A program made the position numbers and the translations under genes. From positions 7,334 through 71,333 of IMG/VR virus record IMGVR_UViG_3300036771_000036: DNA of 64,000 nucleotides; one strand, given 5' to 3'. The notes beneath the pieces are model-generated. The model made no database searches, had not been told where the DNA came from, and saw nothing but the letters and a program-made list of their open reading frames with translations. Numbering within the stretch: the stretch's first letter is position 1; each line of letters starts with the position of its first letter. This DNA is from a virus. Below are positions 49,917-60,026 of the stretch, one piece after another.

Positions 49917-51062
49917 ATGGCTACATTGGGGCAACCTTTAGTTACGCCCGAAAGCAGTTGGAGGCGAATAGACGATACTCTAATAGAAAACACAGGGACA
50001 GGATGGACAAAAACAACCAATGCCGCATGTTGGGGCGGTTCAATTATCGAAAAACAAACGCCAACAGCAGCGGATACATTCAAATTCACTTTTCTTGGCA
50101 CAAAAATTAGACTGATTGACTATAAAACTGCCAGTCGGGGCAATCGCGCTATTACTATAGACGGAGTTACTGAAATTTATAATTGTGCGAATTCATCTCA
50201 AATAACCCAAGCTCTTGTTTATGAAAAACTAGATTTACAATTTGGATACCACGATGTAACCATCAGCTCTGTTAGTGGTGGCTGGTTCTCTCTTGATGCC
50301 ATAGATATTGATACAGATGCTAAACTGTTTCCTTTTGGATATAGAGTTAATAAAATCTTACTTTCATCAGGTGATAAAAACTATCGTCTTGAAAGGATAG
50401 TTAGTAGAGAAAATGCTGTACCAGTTATGACATCTGCATCACATCCCAATGTAGAGATAACTGCAAGTGCATATAATGCTTCTGACTATCCATGGTACGC
50501 TTTTGATGGGATCGTAAATGCGACAGTTAGACCATTTTGGTTTACAAATTCAACCCCACCAGCAGGAGGACATTGGTTGCAAGTTAAATTTGTAAAACCA
50601 AAAACTATTACAGGAATATCACTAGCGTCACTGCTTGTAACAGGAAGTTCGCATTCTATCAAGGAATTTGAACTATATGGATCGAATGATGGTGTTGTGT
50701 ATGAGAAGCTATACACAAACACACAACCTAATGTGGGAACGAGGATATATTACGATTTTGAGAGTAGTAAAGCATACTTATATTATCGTTTAAACATATT
50801 GAGTTCTTATAATTTAGTTTCCACAGTTGGTGTGAATGAAATGGAGATATTCCAAAAAAAGAATCAGATAATGTATGTATTAGATACAAGCGATGAAATT
50901 GGTTTTATTCAATATGGTATGGAAGGCGAAATACCATTCAATGGAGCGGTTGATAAGGTTAAAGATATAATCAAAATGAATCTACCTTTAGCTTCAGGCA
51001 AAGCCTTTGAACACACAATTGATATGTCAAAGCGTAGAGTGGATAAAGTTACGCTTGGCTAA
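49917..51062 (+). CDS. discoidin-like receptor-binding protein 2
   Basis: N-terminus shared with protein 1 (PES.WRRIDD...SLDAIDID); PWYAFDG, ELYGSNDG; LASGKAF. Confidence 0.75.
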   Translation: MATLGQPLVTPESSWRRIDDTLIENTGTGWTKTTNAACWGGSIIEKQTPTAADTFKFTFLGTKIRLIDYKTASRGNRAITIDGVTEIYNCANSSQITQALVYEKLDLQFGYHDVTISSVSGGWFSLDAIDIDTDAKLFPFGYRVNKILLSSGDKNYRLERIVSRENAVPVMTSASHPNVEITASAYNASDYPWYAFDGIVNATVRPFWFTNSTPPAGGHWLQVKFVKPKTITGISLASLLVTGSSHSIKEFELYGSNDGVVYEKLYTNTQPNVGTRIYYDFESSKAYLYYRLNILSSYNLVSTVGVNEMEIFQKKNQIMYVLDTSDEIGFIQYGMEGEIPFNGAVDKVKDIIKMNLPLASGKAFEHTIDMSKRRVDKVTLG

Positions 51063-51123
51063 ATTTATGAGGAACACATCTATATGGTGTGTTCTTTCAT
51101 TTTTGAAAGGAGGAGATTATACA

Positions 51124-52323
51124 ATGAATACTTATACAGATAATCTGATTCCAATTATGACATCATTGACCACTCCAAGTGGCAGGGCTTTTTCTAGCGG
51201 TTATATTAATTCAGGTAATAATGCAGATAAGGCATTTGATAACTCTGATACCTATGGTTACGTCAGTGGGGATGGTAGTGTTGGACATATTGGATATGAG
51301 TTTGTGAATCCTGTTAGGATTGGAAAGTACATCGTTAGGAGTTTATCGGCAACTTATTTTCCCCATATGCCAAAGAATTGGACTGTTGAAGGATCTAATG
51401 ACGGAACAAATTGGACTGTGTTAGATACTCAAATCAATCAAACGTGGACAACTGTGAATACAAATAAGGAATACATTATTGATAACAGTAAAGCTAAAAG
51501 ATTCAAGATGTATAGGTTAAACTGGACGGCTAACAATGGTGGACCACAAGTTGTAATAAATGAATTGAAAATGTTTGGAATTAGTTATGTTGATAAGTTC
51601 TTGATTTCATCAGGAGACGAGCATTATTCTATAGTTGTACCTAAAATAAATAATGAAACTGCAATACCTAAAATGACTTCCGATATTACACCGTCTGGAA
51701 GGGCATTTGCTAAAAACATGTATAGTACAAGTTATGCTCCGTGGTATGCATTCAATAGGATTGATGATCAAGAAGGGTATGTTTCGCTCAACAACAATGA
51801 TTTAACGGGGTTTCTAGGGTATGAATTTATATCTGAAATATCTTTGTATAAATATGCTATTCGGTCTGGTTTCTCATCGTTTCTAAATAAAATGCCAAAG
51901 AATTGGACTTTTGAAGGATCTAATGACGGAATGAATTGGACTGTGTTAGATACTCAAATCAATCAAACGTGGACGACTCAATATACTGACAAAGAGTATT
52001 TGTTAGATATAAGATTCCATGATATGAAGTTTAAGATGTACCGTGTAAATTGGACTGCTAATAATGGCTTTGCACAATACACAGAAATAAATGAATTGAA
52101 AATGTTCGAAATAATCATGCCAAAGTATGTAAAAGTTCCTTCGTTATCAGAGATCAATTTTAATAAATATGGAATGAGTAAAGATGTCGATATTAATTTA
52201 CGTAACAGCATGATATCAATAAGTGAAATAAATAATTCGGCAGAATTGTTAGGTTCAGGAAAAGTCTTCAAACAAAAAATAGACAGGTCTAAGCATCGAG
52301 CAAAAAAGATTATATTAGGTTAA
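51124..52323 (+). CDS. tandem discoidin-like receptor-binding protein 3
   Basis: Two MPKNWT.EGSNDG.NWTVLD domains; LGSGKVFKQKID; AAAGGAGG RBS before ATG 51124. Confidence 0.78.
   Translation: MNTYTDNLIPIMTSLTTPSGRAFSSGYINSGNNADKAFDNSDTYGYVSGDGSVGHIGYEFVNPVRIGKYIVRSLSATYFPHMPKNWTVEGSNDGTNWTVLDTQINQTWTTVNTNKEYIIDNSKAKRFKMYRLNWTANNGGPQVVINELKMFGISYVDKFLISSGDEHYSIVVPKINNETAIPKMTSDITPSGRAFAKNMYSTSYAPWYAFNRIDDQEGYVSLNNNDLTGFLGYEFISEISLYKYAIRSGFSSFLNKMPKNWTFEGSNDGMNWTVLDTQINQTWTTQYTDKEYLLDIRFHDMKFKMYRVNWTANNGFAQYTEINELKMFEIIMPKYVKVPSLSEINFNKYGMSKDVDINLRNSMISISEINNSAELLGSGKVFKQKIDRSKHRAKKIILG
51367..51978 (+). repeat. 87-bp near-identical internal duplication (51367-51453 and 51892-51978)
   Basis: 4 mismatches in 87 nt by manual alignment. 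Confidence 0.85.
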
Positions 52324-52380
52324 CTTCAAGAACACATCTAAATGATGTGTTCTATTTGTTTTTAGAAGGAGAGGTAGATT

Positions 52381-53568
52381 ATGGGATACAGTTCAATGGA
52401 GAATGCTATACCTATTATGACAAGCAATAGTGCCCCTATTGGTATTGCTAGTGCAAGCAGTGAGTATGCAACAACTGATAACTCAAGTGGTACACATGCA
52501 TATAGAGCTATGAATAGAAACACGACAACTTATTTTGCAACAAAGGATACCACTTCTGGCTGGTTAGCCTATGATTTCTCATCTTCAATAGCTATAGGGC
52601 TATATAAATTAACCCCCGGACCTTCAGCAGTAATAACGGGAATGCCTAAATCTTGGACATTTGAAGGTTCTAATAATGGAGTCGATTGGGTTGTTTTAGA
52701 TACACGATCAAATATTACTGTATGGACAGCAAATGTTGCTAATGAATATCAGGTTCCACTTCCGGGGATGTATGCAAAGTATCGCATTAACGTTGTGTCA
52801 AATAATGGGCTTGCGCGTATAGCTATTGGAATGTTCGAGATGTTTGAATATTACTATGATCATAAATTCTTGATTTCATCAGGAAACTCAAATTATTCAA
52901 TTAATCAGTCAAATCCTAATCAAAATTTAATACCTCAAATGACTTCCAACACTGCTCCAAGTGGAATTGCAAGAGCAAGTGATATACGTTCTGGCTTTGA
53001 TCCATGGAAATCGTTTGATAGTGCTATCGATGATGGTTATGGCTGGACAACAAATAATGGAGTTGTTGCAGGGTGGCTTTCTTATCAACTTCTCAAACCG
53101 CAACAGGTTTTCAAATATTCAATACGAGCACATCATTCTGTTCCCAACCTAACCCCACGAAACTGGACGTTTGAGGGATCTAACGATGGGACTAACTGGG
53201 TTGTATTGGATACAAGAAATAATCAATCATTTACTTCTGCTGAAGAGATTTTCTTTGAATTTGATAATGACGCGAAATACTTAATTTATAGATTAAATAT
53301 TTCATCGGTTAATGGTGGCAGTTATATTAATGTGAATCGAATGCAGATTTTTTCGAATAGAAATGTTTCAATAACCATTGATGATATATTAAGCGAACAG
53401 ATGTTTATTGATTATGGGATGGATCGTTCAACTGTAGTTCTGTTGGACAGTTATATTGGCAATATTACTAAACCAGTAAAAAGAAGTGAAGTACTAGGAA
53501 GTGGAAAAGTGTTCAAACAAAAAATAGACACGAGCAAAATACCATTTAAGAAAGCATCGATCACATAA
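52381..53568 (+). CDS. tandem discoidin-like receptor-binding protein 4
   Basis: Two WTFEGSN.G..WVVLD domains; LGSGKVFKQKID. Confidence 0.78.
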   Translation: MGYSSMENAIPIMTSNSAPIGIASASSEYATTDNSSGTHAYRAMNRNTTTYFATKDTTSGWLAYDFSSSIAIGLYKLTPGPSAVITGMPKSWTFEGSNNGVDWVVLDTRSNITVWTANVANEYQVPLPGMYAKYRINVVSNNGLARIAIGMFEMFEYYYDHKFLISSGNSNYSINQSNPNQNLIPQMTSNTAPSGIARASDIRSGFDPWKSFDSAIDDGYGWTTNNGVVAGWLSYQLLKPQQVFKYSIRAHHSVPNLTPRNWTFEGSNDGTNWVVLDTRNNQSFTSAEEIFFEFDNDAKYLIYRLNISSVNGGSYINVNRMQIFSNRNVSITIDDILSEQMFIDYGMDRSTVVLLDSYIGNITKPVKRSEVLGSGKVFKQKIDTSKIPFKKASIT

Positions 53569-53621
53569 CTATGTGAAATGATTGTTTGATTTAGAATTTA
53601 GAAAGGAGATGGTTAAGTAAT

Positions 53622-55760
53622 ATGGCATTTATAAGTAATGAATCATGTGTCCCAACTATGACGTCTAATACAACACCTAGTGGCAAGGCTTTCGCTATTA
53701 GCAATGACATTGACGCATGGAAAGCATTCGATAGGGGTAGTTTGACTTGGAGTACTCCAAGTTCTTCAAGTGTTGTTGGGCATATAGGGTATGAGTTCGC
53801 TAATAAAACCAAAATAGCAAAATATTCCATAGAGCAAACTAGTAGTAGTAATACGAGCAATAGAATGCCTACTGCATGGACATTTGAAGGATTGAATAGC
53901 AATAACATTTGGATTGTTTTAGATACTCAAACTAATCAATCTTGGAAAGATTTTAATCCAGAAAAAAAGGAATACACTATTAATTCCATAAATGTAGACT
54001 ATCACAAATCATATAGATTAAACTATACTGCTCGTGGTAGTGTTGGGAGCATAACTAACGTAGGTGAGTTAGGAATGTATGAAATTGTATATGATACTAA
54101 ACTTTTAATTCATCACGGATCAGTTTACAAACACTATTCTAACAACCAGTGGAAACCTCTTCCAAGCATACCAACAGAAGATGACTACATGGCTTACGGT
54201 ATGAACGATATCTCAAGTATCCCAGAATCCGCTTGGGCGCAACTTCAAGGTGAAGTAGAATTATGCTACTACACTGACGATCCAACCAAAACAGAAGTAT
54301 CTTTCAACATCGAAACGAACCCATTCACACTAGAAAAAGAATGGGAAGATAGAGAAATAGAAGTGCTTTATTACACTGATGACCCAATAGCAAAAGAATC
54401 AGTAGTCACAATTGAAACCGATCCATTTACGTTAGCAGAAGAGTGGGAAGATAAAGAAATCAAAATTATTGAATACACCGACGATCCATTGATAACAGAA
54501 TCAACGATCACAATCGAAACTGAACCTTTTACCTTATATGACGAGTTGGGTGACAATGTTGATGTTCTATACTACACAGACGATCCATCCAAAACGTCAG
54601 CAGAATTAAATATCGCTGCCAACTACTCCCCATTAGATGAATTTGAGGGAGATTTTGACGTGGTTACATGGAGCGACAGTAATACCACTAAAACTGTTCA
54701 ATTGTCTTCTGTCCCCTATCCTCAATCCATAATTCAAACAGACGATTATTATATGTATGGTGATCTACTTTCCATTGTAGACAAGCTTAATTCAACGAAT
54801 GGTACACTAAGGTATGCAGTCTCATTTAACGAGGGCAGTACGTGGGAAGTTTGTAAGTTTGGAAAATGGAGAACAATTGATATCTCAAGTTTGGATGCTT
54901 TTAAAAAGAGTGGAATGAGCCATTATGATATTTCTTTGATTAATTCTGTTGCATTAAAGAATAAGGGTAACAAGATTAGATTTGCGTATTATATTGAGGA
55001 CAACATACATAATTCAGATCCCGGTATCGAAATAGATAATATTCAACTTAAGATCGATGCAGCCACTGACACTGTGAAATTTGAAAATCTAGCTTTCTAT
55101 GTTCTGAACACGAATGCTACCATCCAACTTTCAATTGCTGGCAATAAATTGCTCGGAGTATTAGATGACAGTGATCGAGGCAAAGTTCAATATCGAATTT
55201 TCTTAAACAATAAACCTTACTATCCTACTGATGGAAACTTCACTCCTCTCGCTCCTTCTCCTCAAGACATCAACATCAATATTTCTGAACGCGATTTGTT
55301 ATTTAATCAAGAGAACACACTTAAAGTTGAATTTCAAGACTATTGGGGTGAAACGGACTACTGGCAAACCACATTTGTCGGTTCATACTCTGGTTTGATG
55401 TTTATGGATGAGACTGGTGAATATTTGTCTGATACGTTTGGTGGGATACTCAAATATCTTCAATTTGGTGAGATCTACGCAGGTCAAACCACCATAGACC
55501 AAAAAGTAGTTATCAAGAATCAGCTTGGTTACCCAGTTGATGAAATGTTGCTGACTGTCAATAAGGATGTGCTTCCATCGGGAGTTGGAATTGAACTTTC
55601 AAGACAGCAGGCTCCTTTCCTTGCAACAGACTACATTACATACGGACTTACAAAAGAAAATGAAACACAAGAATTCTACGTTCGAATCACTTCAGATATT
55701 GATGCTGAACCTGTATCAAATGGGATTTTTGAATTAAGAATTAATGCGAAGAAAACTTAA
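53622..55760 (+). CDS. discoidin-like protein with four acidic YTDDP repeats
   Basis: MPTAWTFEG; about 33-34-aa YTDDP..E....IET.PFTL..E repeats. Confidence 0.72.
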   Translation: MAFISNESCVPTMTSNTTPSGKAFAISNDIDAWKAFDRGSLTWSTPSSSSVVGHIGYEFANKTKIAKYSIEQTSSSNTSNRMPTAWTFEGLNSNNIWIVLDTQTNQSWKDFNPEKKEYTINSINVDYHKSYRLNYTARGSVGSITNVGELGMYEIVYDTKLLIHHGSVYKHYSNNQWKPLPSIPTEDDYMAYGMNDISSIPESAWAQLQGEVELCYYTDDPTKTEVSFNIETNPFTLEKEWEDREIEVLYYTDDPIAKESVVTIETDPFTLAEEWEDKEIKIIEYTDDPLITESTITIETEPFTLYDELGDNVDVLYYTDDPSKTSAELNIAANYSPLDEFEGDFDVVTWSDSNTTKTVQLSSVPYPQSIIQTDDYYMYGDLLSIVDKLNSTNGTLRYAVSFNEGSTWEVCKFGKWRTIDISSLDAFKKSGMSHYDISLINSVALKNKGNKIRFAYYIEDNIHNSDPGIEIDNIQLKIDAATDTVKFENLAFYVLNTNATIQLSIAGNKLLGVLDDSDRGKVQYRIFLNNKPYYPTDGNFTPLAPSPQDININISERDLLFNQENTLKVEFQDYWGETDYWQTTFVGSYSGLMFMDETGEYLSDTFGGILKYLQFGEIYAGQTTIDQKVVIKNQLGYPVDEMLLTVNKDVLPSGVGIELSRQQAPFLATDYITYGLTKENETQEFYVRITSDIDAEPVSNGIFELRINAKKT

Positions 55761-55784
55761 AACTCCATACAATGAGGTGAGTGA

Positions 55785-57509
55785 TTGAGTGATACATACA
55801 ATGAAGAGTTTAGTGATTTAATTGGTGAGATCTATGTGATTGCTCCCTCCAACCGTATGGAGGGTTCATTTACTCTGTATCGAAAAGAGACAGAAGACTT
55901 ATCTGCTGTTTTGGTTGCCGCATATCGAGTAAACAATGATGTAGAATGTACAGTTAGCGTTCGAGTACAAAACCAAGCTGATCTTTCGGCTATTCTAGAT
56001 ATTAAATATGGGAACACAAGCGATATCGAAGCAACAGTTTTAGCAACTAGCATTAGTGCTATTGATGCAGTCTTATATGTTCCACCCCATAACCGATTAC
56101 TTGGTAGTTTTGAGTTGTTTGGAGCACCAAGAAAAGAAGTAGATCTAACACCTATTGCAGATGCTACAACTCGTAGTCGTATTGATAAGCAAATGATCAA
56201 CTATGGTGATACACAAAGTATGCTTGTGGGAACATCTATAGAGGGTGAAAACTTTGAATCATTCATTGATTTTGGGAATATCTCAGAACGAATCAAGGAC
56301 ATAAACAAACTCGAATCAGCGAAATTGAGACTATATTATAATGGTTCGTTTGCTGAGGGAACAGATATTACATTGTGGCAACCAGATTCTATTTGGCGTG
56401 AGCTGGGCATCACATATGTAAACAAACCAAGTCCAAATGAGCTCCTTGTAGATAACTACACAGTCAACAGAACAAAATACTATATTGAAATCGATATTAT
56501 AGATGTCGTAAATTCTTGGATTACTAATAGTCGAATCAACTATGGACTTATCATGCAGTCTCTGTCCTCTCATGCTACCTACTTCAATACACGCGAATCA
56601 GACAAACCTCCTACTCTACATCTACAATACATAACTACTGAAAACTTTAGTTCAGGACGAGCCGATGTAGACTCAACTCTGTTTGTATATGGACGTGGCT
56701 ATTCAGACAAATCGGCTATAGTTAACGTTACTAGTAATGTTGGCCTATCATATCTAGAGTCAATATTGTATGTCCATCAGATTAAAGATCCACTATTTGA
56801 GGACAAAGAATCAAGGATTGCATTTAGTAAACCAGATTTATTTGGACAGGTACGAATAACTTATCATGATACTGATGATTTAGAATCCACATTGACTGTT
56901 TTGTATTCAGATCTCAGTGACTTTGAATCTAATCTAGTTATTAGTAAACCAGACTTATCTTCTACTTTAACTGTCTCTCCTTATAAACATGCATTTGATG
57001 ATTTGTCATCAAAACTAAGTGTTAAAGCAAGAGAAAATTCAGATTATAACGCTTGGCTTAGCATTAGCAAACCAGATTTGTACGGTGAGTTGAAAATTGT
57101 AGGTAGAGGATACAGCGATCTAGAAGCTGTAGTTAGCGTTTATGAACATGCAGAACTTGAATCTCACCTCTTCATCAGTAAACCAGATCTTTATGCAACA
57201 ATTGAAGTCAAACACAGTGTTGATTTGGAATCCGAGATATACGTTAAGCATTACGAATACATGGAGTCTGTTGTCGATGTTCTTCAAAAGAGCGATCTAG
57301 AGGCAACAATTGTAGCTAAAGTATTCAGTCAGATCGATGGTGAGGTAACGGTAAGTAGACCAGACTTGGGAGCTTACCTCTACCCTAGAGTGGCGGGTGT
57401 AAGTGATTTAGAATCGTTTGCTCTTATAAGACAATTAGATGTAGCTGACTTAGCAGCGACAATAAGAATTAAAGGCAGAAATAATGGATTTTACTTTTAT
57501 ATTTTGTAA
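55785..57509 (+). CDS. DNRLRE-like domain protein with SKPDL repeats
   Basis: SAKLRLYY, W.ELGITY.N.P, NYGL, TRES..PP.L; six S[KR]PDL repeats. Confidence 0.65.
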   Translation: MSDTYNEEFSDLIGEIYVIAPSNRMEGSFTLYRKETEDLSAVLVAAYRVNNDVECTVSVRVQNQADLSAILDIKYGNTSDIEATVLATSISAIDAVLYVPPHNRLLGSFELFGAPRKEVDLTPIADATTRSRIDKQMINYGDTQSMLVGTSIEGENFESFIDFGNISERIKDINKLESAKLRLYYNGSFAEGTDITLWQPDSIWRELGITYVNKPSPNELLVDNYTVNRTKYYIEIDIIDVVNSWITNSRINYGLIMQSLSSHATYFNTRESDKPPTLHLQYITTENFSSGRADVDSTLFVYGRGYSDKSAIVNVTSNVGLSYLESILYVHQIKDPLFEDKESRIAFSKPDLFGQVRITYHDTDDLESTLTVLYSDLSDFESNLVISKPDLSSTLTVSPYKHAFDDLSSKLSVKARENSDYNAWLSISKPDLYGELKIVGRGYSDLEAVVSVYEHAELESHLFISKPDLYATIEVKHSVDLESEIYVKHYEYMESVVDVLQKSDLEATIVAKVFSQIDGEVTVSRPDLGAYLYPRVAGVSDLESFALIRQLDVADLAATIRIKGRNNGFYFYIL

Positions 57510-57557
57510 CAGAGGCTCCTTCGGGAGTCTTATTTTATTTGAGAGAAGGAAAGCGAT

Positions 57558-58010
57558 GTGTCAGACAAATTTTTAAATTTTATTGTGGGGGTGGTTGGTG
57601 CAATAGTAAGCTATGCATTTGGTGGCTGGAATGAAGCATTAGCTTTGCTTGTAATATTTACAGTTTTAGATTGGATTACTGGTTTGGCTGCATCTGCATA
57701 TGAAGGGTATAAGAATCCGACTCGTGACGACAAAGGACTAAATTCGCGTAAAGGTTTCTTTGGAATTTTGAAGAAAGTCCTCATGTTCACTGTTATTGCT
57801 GTACTGTTCCGCATCGATACATTGCTTGGTTTAAATGGAACATTGAGTCTTGCCGTGGGTGCTACATACTTCTACCTAATGAATGAGTTTATTAGTTTGC
57901 TTGAAAACTACGGGCGATTAGATCTCCCACTACCGGAACAAGTGAAAAAGGCTGTCTCTATCTTGAAAGATAAAAGTGGAACAGAAGATAAAGACAAAGA
58001 TAAGGAGTGA
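57558..58010 (+). CDS. holin (toxin secretion/phage lysis family)
   Basis: LDWITG, LNSRKGFFGILKK, NEFISLLEN..LPLP. Confidence 0.88.
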   Translation: MSDKFLNFIVGVVGAIVSYAFGGWNEALALLVIFTVLDWITGLAASAYEGYKNPTRDDKGLNSRKGFFGILKKVLMFTVIAVLFRIDTLLGLNGTLSLAVGATYFYLMNEFISLLENYGRLDLPLPEQVKKAVSILKDKSGTEDKDKDKE

Positions 58011-58015
58011 ATTAA

Positions 58016-58924
58016 TTGATCCAAAAAGGCAACTTTCTTCTATTAGAAATATCAGAGTTTAGACCATGGCTTCAGAAACAAAAAGTAACTCGAAGTATCA
58101 AAGGATTGCAAGTACATCATACAGGCGCTCCCAATTACACTACTCGCAAAATGGTGAATGGCATCGCACAACAAGACTACTTTAAATGTCTTGAAGGTAT
58201 GCGTGACTTCCACATCAATACGAATAAGTGGAAAGCTACTGGTCAGCATTTAACCTTGTTTGAGGATGGCAAAGTTGGCGTGTCATTAGATCGAGACTTA
58301 AATATGACTCCTGCATGTATCTATAATAACAATGCTGGATATGTAGGCGTTGAGATTATTGGCTGTTTTGATAAAGGTGTCGATACAATGACTTCGGTTC
58401 AGAAGGAAGCTGCTATTCATTTGTATGCTGTATTGTGTGAGAAGTTTTATGTGCCCGTTAATACAGATAAGATTGTTTACCACGCATGGTTTTCTGCAAG
58501 TGGCACTCGTTTAGGAGATTATTATCCCGGTAAGTCTAGCAAGTCATGTCCCGGTACAGCATATTTCGGTGATGGTAATACTGTAGCAGCAGCAAACAAA
58601 AACTTCCTCCCTCAAGTTAAAGCAGAGCTAGAACGTTTAAGAAGTGGAATTTCGAATGCAACTCCAATTACAAAGCCAAAGGATGATGAACCAATGACTG
58701 AAGCAGAAAAATTGCAAATGGATACACTTGAGAAAACAGTAAAGCAACAAGCCGATTGGATCAAAGCTGAGAAAACAAAAGCCATTATGGAATGTCCTTC
58801 TTGGGCTAAAACTGCATATGAGTATTACAAAGATTATATCTCTGACACTACAGGTAGTTATGACTTCTGGCGATTGCTTGTCATTGAGTACCGTAAAGCA
58901 AATGACATCAAAGTAACTAAGTAA
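58016..58924 (+). CDS. endolysin, N-acetylmuramoyl-L-alanine amidase
   Basis: QVHHT, GVEIIGCFD, IVYH, KSCPG. Confidence 0.88.
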   Translation: MIQKGNFLLLEISEFRPWLQKQKVTRSIKGLQVHHTGAPNYTTRKMVNGIAQQDYFKCLEGMRDFHINTNKWKATGQHLTLFEDGKVGVSLDRDLNMTPACIYNNNAGYVGVEIIGCFDKGVDTMTSVQKEAAIHLYAVLCEKFYVPVNTDKIVYHAWFSASGTRLGDYYPGKSSKSCPGTAYFGDGNTVAAANKNFLPQVKAELERLRSGISNATPITKPKDDEPMTEAEKLQMDTLEKTVKQQADWIKAEKTKAIMECPSWAKTAYEYYKDYISDTTGSYDFWRLLVIEYRKANDIKVTK

Positions 58925-58951
58925 TATCATACATATAAGGAGAATTATAAA

Positions 58952-59332
58952 ATGGACAACATATATATTATTGCCATCATCCTTGCTGTTATTGGAGGAG
59001 GGATTTTTGTCATTCCATATGCTAAAAATAAAGGCTGGATCAACAAAGATAAAACGGAAAGTGTAAGAGATGCTTTGTATATTTCTCGACTCTTAATGGA
59101 TGTGGTCAATATTGAAGGTTTAGATAAGACAAAAGCAACGTTTGCATTAGGGATTGTTGATACTGTCGTTGAATATGTTGATACCTTTACGGATGAGAAT
59201 GTTGATAACAAAATCGCTTCCTTAGATGTTATAGAGAAGTTATTAAAGGAATTTGGAGTTTCACCAACAGCTTCTGAGCGTCTATTGATCGAGATAGCTA
59301 TTGAAGAAGCAATTAAAAAATCACACAATTAA
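58952..59332 (+). CDS. membrane-anchored lysis-module protein (possible second holin)
   Basis: N-terminal TM helix; C-terminal IEIAIEEAI. Confidence 0.55.
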   Translation: MDNIYIIAIILAVIGGGIFVIPYAKNKGWINKDKTESVRDALYISRLLMDVVNIEGLDKTKATFALGIVDTVVEYVDTFTDENVDNKIASLDVIEKLLKEFGVSPTASERLLIEIAIEEAIKKSHN

Positions 59333-59388
59333 CAAGTTAAAATAACACTTTAAAAAAATAAAAATACAGAAATTTGATTCATTACAAT

Positions 59389-59427
59389 GGGGTTGGTATA
59401 TATAAATATATCAACCCTTATTTTTTT
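59389..59427 (+). terminator. terminator ending the late operon
   Basis: GGGTTGGTATA...TATATCAACCC followed by a T-run. Confidence 0.65.
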
Positions 59428-59507
59428 CGTTTTTCAATGTCAAGAACTTTTGGTAGCCGACTAAAATATAGTATGGTGTACTGATAGACATATTGACTTT
59501 AACAAAA

Positions 59508-59521
59508 AGAACGTATGTTCC
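59508..59521. promoter_or_regulatory. LexA (SOS/Cheo) box
   Basis: AGAACGTATGTTCC fits GAAC-N4-GTTC; just upstream of TTGCGC-16-TATAAT. Confidence 0.7.
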
Positions 59522-59617
59522 GATTGCGCGCGCTGGAAATTGATGTATAATGAATATTAAGAGTAAAGATAATAAAATAACATTGTATAGTAGAGAGATA
59601 TGAAGGAGATGTTAATT

Positions 59618-59995
59618 ATGAGTATGGTAATGGAACGTAGAGGGGTTGAAGCCAAAACAGTAAAAAGATTGGAAGTATGGGCTATTGATTTGGGGAAAAA
59701 CGATGGTAGTGTTCAAAGTGGAGTAAGACCTTGTGTGATTTTAGGTAATGATAGAGGTAACAAATTTAGTCCTGTGGTAATTGTATCTCCACTAACAACC
59801 AAGATCAAAAAGCCGATGCCTACCCACGTGTTCGTAAATGCTGAAGATTGTAATGTATTTGAAAACAGTGTTGTCCTATGTGAGCACATTATTACTATTG
59901 ATAAAAAACATTTGCAGTACAAATTGTTTGAGTTGCCTTTCAGTTATCTAAAGAAAATAAATAATGCAGCAAAAATAAGTCTAGATTTAATGTGA
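59618..59995 (+). CDS. mazF: PemK/MazF-family endoribonuclease, no adjacent antitoxin
   Basis: GSVQSGVRPCVILGNDRGNKFSPVVIVSPLTT..PTHV; AAGGAG RBS before ATG 59618. Confidence 0.85.
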   Translation: MSMVMERRGVEAKTVKRLEVWAIDLGKNDGSVQSGVRPCVILGNDRGNKFSPVVIVSPLTTKIKKPMPTHVFVNAEDCNVFENSVVLCEHIITIDKKHLQYKLFELPFSYLKKINNAAKISLDLM

Positions 59996-60026
59996 TTACA
60001 TAATATAATAAGAATAAATATAATGA

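Noticed and set aside
48140-55760. Diversity-generating retroelement or shufflon acting on the RBP array
   Set aside because: No reverse transcriptase or invertase nearby; all genes are co-oriented and full-length; the 87-bp duplicates are both coding and mismatches are too few to show an adenine-specific pattern.
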